Under the pieces are notes generated by a model. That model was not told where the DNA came from, made no database searches, and saw only the letters and a list, made by a program, of their open reading frames with translations. A stretch of 27,812 nt of DNA, taken from a virus. Taxonomy: Duplodnaviria; Caudoviricetes. Every line of letters begins with the position of its first letter. Positions within the stretch are counted from its first letter, which is position 1. The stretch lies in IMG/VR virus record IMGVR_UViG_3300026138_000020, positions 1 to 27,812 of that record. One strand, written 5' to 3'. The position numbers and the translations under genes are program-made. Below, piece after piece: positions 1-7,923 of the stretch.

Positions 1-868
1 ACGCAGGAGGAGCAGCAGACGGACGGCCTGCAAATCCACCAAGGATGCTTCCCGCTGCCTGTAGGCCTGCTCCGGCAACTCCTGCTCGAGCATTGGCAGA
101 TGCTATGCTCGCATTAAGTGCAGCATTGTAGTTACCAGCGGCCAGACTGCCAGCATAGGCTGACTCTGGGTTGAAGACCTGCTGCGGAGCCATTCCTTGA
201 CCTTGTGCAGCGAGGCCTTGACCAGCAGCGATACCCACTCCGGGTCTACCGAGAATAGCCATGAACGGATCTGCAGCAGTGGCTGCGTTTAAGCCTACCA
301 TCTGCTGTGCGAAGGCCTGCCGCCGTCTCTGTAGCTGCTCAGCCTGCAGACCCTTGACAAGGGATTCCTGACTGATGTCTGACACGCCAAAACCCATTCC
401 ACGAGCAGCCTGAGCCCCTCGGACCTGCTGCTCAAGCTCTCTGGCCATAGATGGAGGCAGAGATGCTCCTGCAGCCAGTTCCTGCTGTGCCTGCCTGTTC
501 AACTCTGACATCAACGCAGCCTGCTCAGGATTGGCCTGCCTGAAGGCCTCAGTGGCCCTCTGACCGAGTCTCTCGACTGCAGCGATGTCTCCTTCTCGAG
601 TTACATCAAGGCCAGCCACATCGGCTCTGGCGAGCCCGGGCATAATGTCTTGTTGATACAGCTCAAGTAAACCGGGCTGACCTTCGCTTCCGCGCATGAG
701 ATCCCTCAAGACCTGCAGGTTCAGGCGGGCCTCTGCTGGCCTGCCATATTCCTGACTGGCTTCAGCAGCAAACAGGTCAGGGGCCAAATCTATTTGAGCC
801 TCTAGTGTCTCGCGTGTCTCCTTGCCATAATCCCGAGGCGGAGGTGCCTCTGCGCTATACATTCCCAT
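1..868 (-). CDS. Internal virion / DNA ejection (pilot) protein, runs off the window edge
   Basis: Not in the ORF track. Read manually from ATG at 868: MGMYSAEAPPPRDYGKETRETLEAQIDLAPDLF..., A/Q/G-rich and helical, ending ...AGVAGAGLQAAGSILGGFAG... and open to the edge. Position after the tail genes fits podovirus ejection proteins. Confidence 0.7.
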   Translation of the reverse strand, partial: MGMYSAEAPPPRDYGKETRETLEAQIDLAPDLFAAEASQEYGRPAEARLNLQVLRDLMRGSEGQPGLLELYQQDIMPGLARADVAGLDVTREGDIAAVERLGQRATEAFRQANPEQAALMSELNRQAQQELAAGASLPPSMARELEQQVRGAQAARGMGFGVSDISQESLVKGLQAEQLQRRRQAFAQQMVGLNAATAADPFMAILGRPGVGIAAGQGLAAQGQGMAPQQVFNPESAYAGSLAAGNYNAALNASIASANARAGVAGAGLQAAGSILGGFAGRPSAAPPA

Positions 869-1295
869 GGTAGTTGTCTTGTTGGTATTCTCTGTGCAAT
901 TGGCTAAACTCTCTCATCGCATTCCACCCGCCACATAGGTAGACGACTGCGAAGATCACCTCGTGGTAGTGGCTTTTCAAAACATCCGAATGGACTCTCT
1001 TGACCTCGTCCTCGGACTGCTCCCATCTGTTCGCATCGAGCCACGCACTGCAGCTCACAATTATTATTGGCATGAGGAAGTTACTGTGGGCCTGATAAAA
1101 CGGGTTGGAGCTCAGCTCCAGCATCCACTTCAACTCAGCCTCAATAAGCTTCTCATCAGACTCCACCTTCCCGAGGTCGATCATGTCGTCAATGTCATGT
1201 GACCTCTCGGCAAACATTTGAACAAAGTCCCACGCTTTCTCGTTGTTATGAGTCAGCCTTAGGAAGTCGCTCTTTATGGAGTAGTCAAAATTCAT
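855..1295 (-). CDS. Small alpha-helical protein with DDxxD motif (isoprenoid-synthase/prenyltransferase-like)
   Basis: 146 aa; motifs HDIDDMID, NPFY, WLDANRWE, YLCGG; overlaps both neighbours. The ORF is well supported; the function is inferred. Confidence 0.55.
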   Translation of the reverse strand: MNFDYSIKSDFLRLTHNNEKAWDFVQMFAERSHDIDDMIDLGKVESDEKLIEAELKWMLELSSNPFYQAHSNFLMPIIIVSCSAWLDANRWEQSEDEVKRVHSDVLKSHYHEVIFAVVYLCGGWNAMREFSQLHREYQQDNYHGNV

Positions 1296-2281
1296 CGGTG
1301 ACCAATAAGTTCAAAGTAGGCCTTGTCCCCGTTACCTGCTGCATGCCCACTACGCATCACCCATCTTAACTTAATGATTCCACTCTCAAGCCTTGGCACT
1401 TTAATCAATGATCGAGAAAACTCAGTGCGATCTACTGCGCTGACTTGATGACTCCATTTCGTGATCAGTGGGATATACTTTGAGCCATCATAGACCCCGA
1501 GAGAAACGTGGCTTCCCTCTACGGGGAGCAGTTCGACAGAGATCAAAAGCTCGTTAACATCTGTGTCGAAGTCGCTGATCCCGGAAGAGTATGCTGCGTT
1601 GATAGCGACAGTATTGATGCTGAAGTCAGAATAAAATCCATCGTTCAGGCCAGATGCGCCTCCACCTACAATAGCAGTGGTGTAATCGATCCCGCTAAGT
1701 CTCCAGTCAGACCAAATCGATGATTGAGATGTCGCAGGTGGACTTTCAGCAATTACAACACCATCACTTGACCAAGTTGATGAAGTTGAGAATGTGCTTT
1801 TACCAACGGTGTCGTGCAGCTTGTATGAGTTGCTTGTCTGCGACTGCCATGAAGCGACTCCGCCAGAAGCGACAATGATCTGATTGTCTAGGCCAGCGGA
1901 TATTTGATCGACTGTAATCGTCCCAACGCCTGCCTGAGCTGACCACTCTGGGTTCGCTCCAGCCCCTTTAGTCTTCAGGAACTGTCCGTCAGTCCCCGGG
2001 GATAGCTTCACGAGATCGCCGTCCGCATTATAATACAATAGCTGACCATGAGTCCCCGCCTCTAGCTTTGTCAGACTGAGATTGTGATCATTGATCTTGC
2101 TGTTTATGTTGATCCCCTGCTCGAGTTTGACAGTAGTCACAGATCCGTCTGCTATCTGCGCGGAGCTGACAGAACCTTCCAAAGTGATGGCAGGGGCTCC
2201 AAGCAGGTTAAGCTTCGGGTATGTGATCTTCTCGCCTTCAGAGAAGGTGTATCCTTTTCCAACTACAACTGAGAGTGCCAT
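1292..2281 (-). CDS. Tail fibre-like virion protein
   Basis: 329 aa; fibre-type motifs SSAQIADGSVTTVKL and GTDGQFLKTKGAGANPEW; S/G/T-rich; lies in the tail module. Confidence 0.7.
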   Translation of the reverse strand: MALSVVVGKGYTFSEGEKITYPKLNLLGAPAITLEGSVSSAQIADGSVTTVKLEQGININSKINDHNLSLTKLEAGTHGQLLYYNADGDLVKLSPGTDGQFLKTKGAGANPEWSAQAGVGTITVDQISAGLDNQIIVASGGVASWQSQTSNSYKLHDTVGKSTFSTSSTWSSDGVVIAESPPATSQSSIWSDWRLSGIDYTTAIVGGGASGLNDGFYSDFSINTVAINAAYSSGISDFDTDVNELLISVELLPVEGSHVSLGVYDGSKYIPLITKWSHQVSAVDRTEFSRSLIKVPRLESGIIKLRWVMRSGHAAGNGDKAYFELIGHR

Positions 2282-2285
2282 AATA

Positions 2286-3314
2286 TTATGCGCTGATGAT
2301 TCTGTGACCGGATGCGGACATGTAGAATTTGAGTGGTGTATAACTCACCGTGGCAACAGTTGTGATCGACTGCTTGACTGCCACATAAACGTAGTCATTT
2401 GTGTCCAACTCCACGTGCCCAATAAGTGAGATGTTTTCATTGCTCCCGTTGCTGGGGTGATGGTGTATCTGCTCGGTCGCTGTGATCTGAGAACTTGTCC
2501 CCGCATCACTATCATACTTAAACAGGCTGGCCAACACGCTCACATTGGACCCGTTTGTTGATCCTGAAAACGAAACTTGAATCTCGGCATCGATGGCTAT
2601 GTCACCCGTATATCGGAGTTGACCGTTCGACGGCATGTCGAACTCAGTCATGTTTGACTGAGTGGCAGTTGTCACCAAAAGTGCTGCATAGGGGTCGCCG
2701 CTATTGACTGCTGTCGCTGACCCGGATGATGCAGCAATAGCCCCGAATGGATTGAGATCGTGCTCGGTGACGTGCTGTGGGTACCAGTTACCCGCTGTGT
2801 CGCTCACGATCGTCAACGTCTCGCCAGCACTAACTCGGACATCACCAAGCCCAGCAGGGCCCCAGCTTGAGCTTTGAATTGTTATGAAGCTCGATGTGGC
2901 GTTGATTATGTTTTTGACGGTGATGTATCCAGAGGCAGGAACAGGCAACGTGAACTCGATTCCGCTGCTTATTATGTTGTAAAGCTTCGTGTCGGACACA
3001 GTGTTGCTGCTTGTGTCATTGAAAGATTGTCGGAAAGTGTGAGGCTCGTTAAGAGAAATCTCCGGGTTGGCCGATCCGTCTCCGTTGGCTACTGTCAGCC
3101 CAGTCGTTCCGACAATAGACCTGACACTAGCGTTCCCGCTTCCGTCGATTGACAGAAGCCCAGCCGTTCCACTGAGCTCGTCAATGGATCTGATGGTTCC
3201 CTCCGCATAGTTTAGCTGCTCTAGTGCGGTTATGAATTCTGTTCTGGTAGTAGTCGTCGATGAGACTGGCCCGTTGACTGCGTCTACTACAAAGTTTGGT
3301 GTGTCGTCTGGCAT
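2286..3314 (-). CDS. Tail/virion structural protein (fibre- or spike-like)
   Basis: Probable start MPDDTPNF at 3314, just after the upstream stop at 3316. S/T/G-rich beta-type sequence (RSIVGTTGLTVANGDGSANPEISL) with a possible jelly-roll C-terminal domain. Confidence 0.65.
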   Translation of the reverse strand: MPDDTPNFVVDAVNGPVSSTTTTRTEFITALEQLNYAEGTIRSIDELSGTAGLLSIDGSGNASVRSIVGTTGLTVANGDGSANPEISLNEPHTFRQSFNDTSSNTVSDTKLYNIISSGIEFTLPVPASGYITVKNIINATSSFITIQSSSWGPAGLGDVRVSAGETLTIVSDTAGNWYPQHVTEHDLNPFGAIAASSGSATAVNSGDPYAALLVTTATQSNMTEFDMPSNGQLRYTGDIAIDAEIQVSFSGSTNGSNVSVLASLFKYDSDAGTSSQITATEQIHHHPSNGSNENISLIGHVELDTNDYVYVAVKQSITTVATVSYTPLKFYMSASGHRIISA

Positions 3315-3315
3315 A

Positions 3316-5541
3316 TTACCAAGTTCCTGAGTGTGTTCCTTCTCGTCTCTGACCAACAGTCGAACCAGAGGTCACGCTATGAAGCCTGACTCTGCCATTG
3401 ATCCCTTCAATCTTGACCTGAAAATAGGCTCCCCTTCGGTCTACCCGCAGCTTGTGAGTCCAATACTGGTACAGATCAAGCTGTGTCCCAGAAGAACCAA
3501 GGACAGTCCCCGGGTCCGCACTGTCACTGTCCAGAATGACCGAGTAGTCCTCGCGGCCCGGGTTCTCGTGGGTGTCGTCGAGGTTTTGAATGTTCCAGTC
3601 ACTGATCCCAAAAGTCATGTATTTCGTTCGTTCAGGAAATGTGTAGCTTGTGTTATCCACAATAACTGTTTCCTCCTTCACTCCATCCACGATCCCTGTC
3701 ACTCTGTATTCCGGGTCCCACGTGCTTATGAACATCTGGGCCTGCTGGAATCTTCGTCGATTGCCTGCCTCGAAACCATAACCACGCGTCTTGATCAGGA
3801 ATGCTATAGGTCGGTCTTCAACTTCGATGTTTTCCGAGCACAGCACTTGGAGGTATGGATCAGTGTTCCCATAAGTGTCTCTGACGTTGATCAGGATCGG
3901 TGAGCCGCTCACGAAGCGAATGCCGCAGCCATTGTCTGAATCGTTTGTGTCACCACTATCCCAACCGTCATCGGTGTAGCCCGTGAAAAGGTTGGCCCCA
4001 GCGATCTCGCAGTGATCAGCCTGTTGTTCGTCTCCGACACCCCAAAGCCATCCGCTCTCGGGGTCATTTGTATTGACTGTGAGCGGCTCGACTATGTTGA
4101 ACCCGCCGTCGATTATCTCTGCATCATTGTCGTCAACCAGTTCCCTGCGTCGAGTGGCCGTGATAGTTGTTCCATCGTTTACCTGAACCGTTGTTCCATC
4201 ACTCACGTGACCCTTGACCATCAGGTCGCATGTGTAGGTCCCCTGAACGATAGGTCTGCCCTCCAACTCTCCATACTCATACAGCCCAACTACACCATCG
4301 TAGTCCACGTAGTAGAGGTGCTCGGCCCCCTGAAAGTCGGCCACAAAAAAGTATTTGATCTTGATGGCATCACCCTGATCGTATCCAGCCCACGCTCCAT
4401 TTATAAAATCGTAAACAAGGACAGCATTGTTCTGCTTGCCTCCATCGATCGGGACAGACAGATAATATCTGTTCCGCCAGTAGGCCGCTGATGCCGTGTC
4501 TTTGGCTACACTGAAGTCGATCCGGTCAATGATTGGCTGCACAGGTGTGCTCTGTGGTTCTGAGACGCCCTGTAGCTTGTTTTGTTCGGTCAGTGCAAGG
4601 CTAACTACTCCTCTCTGCGAAAGGAACCACAGATCACTTCCTGCGCTTGCAACCGATCTCGCCCCCACAATGCCATACTCAGTCGTGACCTGATCAAGGA
4701 CTGCGTTGGTCTCCCAATCGCCAACAAGGTTTGATACAGTGTAGATACTGGTGTCTTTGAATATGACAACAGTCTGGTCGTTCCACTTATACAGGCGGCG
4801 AATGTTGTCCGAGTCACCCTGATTGATTTTAAAATTATTGAACACGTCATAGTCTGTGTATGACAGGATGTCTGACACAGCGACATGATCTGACTTATAC
4901 CCACCAGAAGGTTTGTGAGGCACTAACAAGCGATTCTGGAAGAAGAGTGTTGAGCTTGAATTCGGGATGTTGTTGAGGCCGCTCGCTGAAGGAGGAGCCT
5001 CTACAAACCCTTCATCGATGGACGACATGATGAGCTGAGACTCATCAGGTCCACGCGATAGAATGACTTTGTCAAATGCCTGCGTGAACCAGTAATTGCT
5101 TTGGTATGTGTTGGCGGGAGGTGAGAGCTGAACGCTGCACGGTAGTGGGGCTAGGTTGTTGCCGTATCGGGCTCTGTATATCTTTGGTGCATCCCCCTCG
5201 ACGCTGGCTACGATCAGAATCCAGTCGGCCCCGTTTGGATCATTCCAGACTCCAATTCCGTAAACATTCCCGAGGTTCGCGCTGATCTGTCTGCCCCAGT
5301 TGATGTCGCCACCATCCCAGTTTATCGGCCACTCAAAGCCATATCGATTGAACCACGCCAAAGGCATGACGCCTCGTCTGGGCTCTGCCACACCGTATCT
5401 AAACCTAGCGTTGATCGCCTCAGAAACCATGCCCGGGGGAAGCATGTGAGGCTGCTGCCTCATGTCTACACCCACGAAACCATTATCGCCCGCCGTGATA
5501 GGCTGGTCATCGTTCTGCGTGTAGTTTCTGTGCTCTCTCAT
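3316..5541 (-). CDS. Tail tubular/nozzle protein (P22 gp10 / T7 gp12-like)
   Basis: 741 aa; N-terminal GFVGVD...LPPG...EAINARF; beta-propeller-like motifs (FFQNRL, VIFKDTSIY, DLWFLSQRGV, NRYYLSVP, VLVYDF); synteny. Confidence 0.75.
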   Translation of the reverse strand: MREHRNYTQNDDQPITAGDNGFVGVDMRQQPHMLPPGMVSEAINARFRYGVAEPRRGVMPLAWFNRYGFEWPINWDGGDINWGRQISANLGNVYGIGVWNDPNGADWILIVASVEGDAPKIYRARYGNNLAPLPCSVQLSPPANTYQSNYWFTQAFDKVILSRGPDESQLIMSSIDEGFVEAPPSASGLNNIPNSSSTLFFQNRLLVPHKPSGGYKSDHVAVSDILSYTDYDVFNNFKINQGDSDNIRRLYKWNDQTVVIFKDTSIYTVSNLVGDWETNAVLDQVTTEYGIVGARSVASAGSDLWFLSQRGVVSLALTEQNKLQGVSEPQSTPVQPIIDRIDFSVAKDTASAAYWRNRYYLSVPIDGGKQNNAVLVYDFINGAWAGYDQGDAIKIKYFFVADFQGAEHLYYVDYDGVVGLYEYGELEGRPIVQGTYTCDLMVKGHVSDGTTVQVNDGTTITATRRRELVDDNDAEIIDGGFNIVEPLTVNTNDPESGWLWGVGDEQQADHCEIAGANLFTGYTDDGWDSGDTNDSDNGCGIRFVSGSPILINVRDTYGNTDPYLQVLCSENIEVEDRPIAFLIKTRGYGFEAGNRRRFQQAQMFISTWDPEYRVTGIVDGVKEETVIVDNTSYTFPERTKYMTFGISDWNIQNLDDTHENPGREDYSVILDSDSADPGTVLGSSGTQLDLYQYWTHKLRVDRRGAYFQVKIEGINGRVRLHSVTSGSTVGQRREGTHSGTW

Positions 5542-6569
5542 TGATAAAATCCGACCTTGCTCAGGAGCGCATCGAGAATCTTGTTGCTGTTTGCCCAGCT
5601 AAATCTCATGCCCCTCTCTGAAGCCTTAATAGCTTTCTCGACCCCGCCACTGTTATACACCTCTCTCATCCTGCTGACTAGACTGTCTGGATCAGGGACA
5701 GCCCATAGGCCGCCGTTCGCATAATGAGCCTCAGCCTGCTTCAGCTTGTAGTCCACCGGGTAGCCAACAGTCTCATCGAAAAACTCTGTTATACCACCGA
5801 ATGGAACAGCGATCACTGGTCTGCCAGTCGCCATCGCTTCGTGCTGCATTAGACCCCAACCTTCGCCCTTGCTCGCGCTGACAAAGCAGTCAAGACTGGC
5901 ATACCAGTCAGACAGATCACGCCTTGTCCAGAACTGTCTCAAGACCTGTATGCGATCATCATCAACCTCCAGATCTGGATCGTCAGGGAAGCATTTAACA
6001 ACCAGCCTGACATCCTTGACTCGCTTCGGGAAAGCCTTCTTCCATGCACTCAGAACGTCTTCAAATCCCTTCCTGCAGCCACCTGCTACAGTCCTGCCCG
6101 CTGCTCCAAAAACAAACTCGGATCTCTTCTGTTTTGGCCTGTAGTGAAACACATCAGTGTCGATCCCCATGGGCACTTTACCCATCGTTCTCTTCACACC
6201 CTGAGCGTTGAACAGGCACAGATTGAAGTCACTTGGAACAACAATTAGATCAGCCTGATTCAGATTGAGAACCGCCTCTTTATGAAGCTGGGTGGTTTCC
6301 CACATAGTATTATACACCACCCGCTTCTCGCCTGACAGACCATAGGACGGGCAGTGTACAACCATCTCCCAGTCCTCTCGCTGCTGTTTATGCACAATAG
6401 ACTCCAATACCACTCTTGGGATCGGAGCCTTGCCTCTCTCGCTGCTGATGGGCCAGCAGTTAATGTCTCGGCCCAACTCTGTCAGACCCTCTATGACGCG
6501 AATGAGATGCAGCGAGTAGCTGCTATACCCATCCACCACGCCTCGTATCACACCTCGATTAGACCTCAT
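5538..6569 (-). CDS. Glycosyltransferase, GT-B fold (GT4 / Glycos_transf_1)
   Basis: 343 aa; motifs TMWETT, IVVPSDFN, PMGIDTDVF, RKG and DCFVSASKGEGWGLMQHEAMATGRPVI (E-x7-E signature of GT4). Confidence 0.9.
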   Translation of the reverse strand: MRSNRGVIRGVVDGYSSYSLHLIRVIEGLTELGRDINCWPISSERGKAPIPRVVLESIVHKQQREDWEMVVHCPSYGLSGEKRVVYNTMWETTQLHKEAVLNLNQADLIVVPSDFNLCLFNAQGVKRTMGKVPMGIDTDVFHYRPKQKRSEFVFGAAGRTVAGGCRKGFEDVLSAWKKAFPKRVKDVRLVVKCFPDDPDLEVDDDRIQVLRQFWTRRDLSDWYASLDCFVSASKGEGWGLMQHEAMATGRPVIAVPFGGITEFFDETVGYPVDYKLKQAEAHYANGGLWAVPDPDSLVSRMREVYNSGGVEKAIKASERGMRFSWANSNKILDALLSKVGFYQ

Positions 6570-6575
6570 CCAGTC

Positions 6576-6603
6576 ATTATAGAATTCGATCAGATCCTGT
6601 TAA
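6576..6603 (-). promoter_or_regulatory. Putative sigma70 promoter for the glycosyltransferase (leaderless mRNA)
   Basis: Minus strand TTAACA-N16-TATAAT; the ATG begins 6 nt after the -10 hexamer. Confidence 0.45.
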
Positions 6604-7036
6604 GAATATTTTCGATAATGTTTTTGGTGCCAGAGGTTCTTTGTTCACGTATGACTGACTCCTTCACGCTCTGAGCCTTCGTAGCATCAAGCTGCTTCAG
6701 CTCCCGTTTGAAGGTCTGGGCAGCGGAAACCCCGCTGACTGCTGCTTTCTTCCATTGTCTACCACGAATGTGTGCTCCTACACCGAGAGCTGCGATCAGA
6801 GCGTTGGCTGCTAACCCTGCCCATGGAAACGGAGCAACATCCCCGGCTAACTGTATGCCTCCCCTGATCGAAGGGTTAAGCACCCAGCCGTTTGTCGAGA
6901 CGACTGGGTAGTTGTCGCTGGGGGTAGAAACGATGTTGGTCGTCACGACCGGATCGTAGATAGCATTGCCCAGCGAATCGAGCTGCTTGCACCCAGTCAC
7001 CATTACGGTCAATACTGCAACACACAGTAGTTTCAT
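6590..7036 (-). CDS. Lipoprotein with internal hydrophobic helix (spanin-like)
   Basis: Start MKLLCVAVLTVMVTG-C (lipobox) at 7036, ATGA-coupled to the upstream ORF; second hydrophobic segment PFPWAGLAANALIAALGVGA. Confidence 0.6.
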   Translation of the reverse strand: MKLLCVAVLTVMVTGCKQLDSLGNAIYDPVVTTNIVSTPSDNYPVVSTNGWVLNPSIRGGIQLAGDVAPFPWAGLAANALIAALGVGAHIRGRQWKKAAVSGVSAAQTFKRELKQLDATKAQSVKESVIREQRTSGTKNIIENILNRI

Positions 7037-7182
7037 TTTGAGAGTAGCTGTCGGATTTTGAGACTGATGTAGATCAAAGAGGCTACGCTGATCGCAAGCT
7101 GCAAAACCACGTCGATGTTGACGGCCCAATTGAGCAGTCCAGCAACGGCTGCAAATCCCACTTTCAGATCATCAATGTTCAC
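7033..7182 (-). CDS. Small membrane protein, holin-like
   Basis: Manual ORF with GTG start, 49 aa: MNIDDLKVGFAAVAGLLNWAVNIDVVLQLAISVASLIYISLKIRQLLSK. Two hydrophobic stretches and a basic tail; 4-bp overlaps on both sides. Confidence 0.55.
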   Translation of the reverse strand: MNIDDLKVGFAAVAGLLNWAVNIDVVLQLAISVASLIYISLKIRQLLSK

Positions 7183-7277
7183 TTTTTGCCCTTGCGTTTT
7201 TGTTTTGTACGAGCCTTTTTCGCAGCAGCTTTCCCTGCTTTCGTATACGGATAATGTTTAGATCCAACCTTCGGCAT
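7179..7277 (-). CDS. Small highly basic peptide
   Basis: Manual ORF, 32 aa: MPKVGSKHYPYTKAGKAAAKKARTKQKRKGKK; fills the gap and is GTGA-coupled to the next gene. Confidence 0.6.
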   Translation of the reverse strand: MPKVGSKHYPYTKAGKAAAKKARTKQKRKGKK

Positions 7278-7282
7278 AATAT

Positions 7283-7555
7283 TTACCATTTCACTTTGTC
7301 TGACCAGTAGGCAGCACTCATTTTTCCCCTAGAGATATTTTTTGCGTGACGAGCTTTGAAAGACTTTCGACGCGCCTTTTCGCTGGCGGTCTTTGGCGAC
7401 TTCCCAGCTCCCGACACACCCTGCTGACCGAAGCGAATGAGTTTGACTTGATCACCCGACTTAGCCAGCACAGCGTGTGACTTCTTCGGGTGAGATGGAG
7501 TTCGCTTGGGCTTGTTATAACCCTGAAACTTTTCGCCGGATCGCTCGACAGTCAT
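7283..7555 (-). CDS. Conserved basic phage protein
   Basis: 90 aa; YNKPKRTPSHP..SHAVLAK..LIRFGQQG..SFKARH..SAAYWS.KVKW pattern, which I recognise from aquatic phages. Confidence 0.75.
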   Translation of the reverse strand: MTVERSGEKFQGYNKPKRTPSHPKKSHAVLAKSGDQVKLIRFGQQGVSGAGKSPKTASEKARRKSFKARHAKNISRGKMSAAYWSDKVKW

Positions 7556-7558
7556 ATG

Positions 7559-7915
7559 CTATTCGACTATTGCAGCATCATCGACTGGCTCATCGTCTGG
7601 TGCATCAGCAGGTGCAGCATCATCGACTGGCTCATCCGCAGGCACAACAGCAGCGTCAAATCCAGCCAGAATATCATCGACCGAATCCATCGCGATTTGG
7701 TTGGCCGCATTGTATGCAGCGACCGCACCAGATACTTGCATAAGCACAACTTCGGTGTTGGCACGGTTGACTGGTTCACTCAATTCCTCCCGTGCGTTCA
7801 GCAGAGACTTCGCTTTGCTGAGCAGTTGAAGGATGGTGGACTTGCCGTTGTCAGCAGCAAGTTGTGCGTCAAGGCCAGCGATTTGGCTTCTTAAGTAATT
7901 GATTTTTGGGTCCAT
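7559..7915 (-). CDS. Hypothetical protein with acidic repeat tail
   Basis: 118 aa; helical N-terminus; C-terminal DEPVDDAA twice. Confidence 0.7.
   Translation of the reverse strand: MDPKINYLRSQIAGLDAQLAADNGKSTILQLLSKAKSLLNAREELSEPVNRANTEVVLMQVSGAVAAYNAANQIAMDSVDDILAGFDAAVVPADEPVDDAAPADAPDDEPVDDAAIVE
7571..7636. repeat. 24-bp direct repeat (coding)
   Basis: TGCAGCATCATCGACTGGCTCATC at 7571-7594 and 7613-7636. Confidence 0.9.
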
Positions 7916-7923
7916 AGTTTAAA

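Noticed and set aside
7571-7636. Repeat-spacer-repeat pattern as a mini-CRISPR
   Set aside because: Only two copies, 18-bp spacer, in frame inside a CDS, no cas genes.
7490-7894. Plus-strand ORFs with repeated CSIIDWLI / QHHRLAH
   Set aside because: They only reflect the 24-bp repeat encoding DEPVDDAA on the minus strand.
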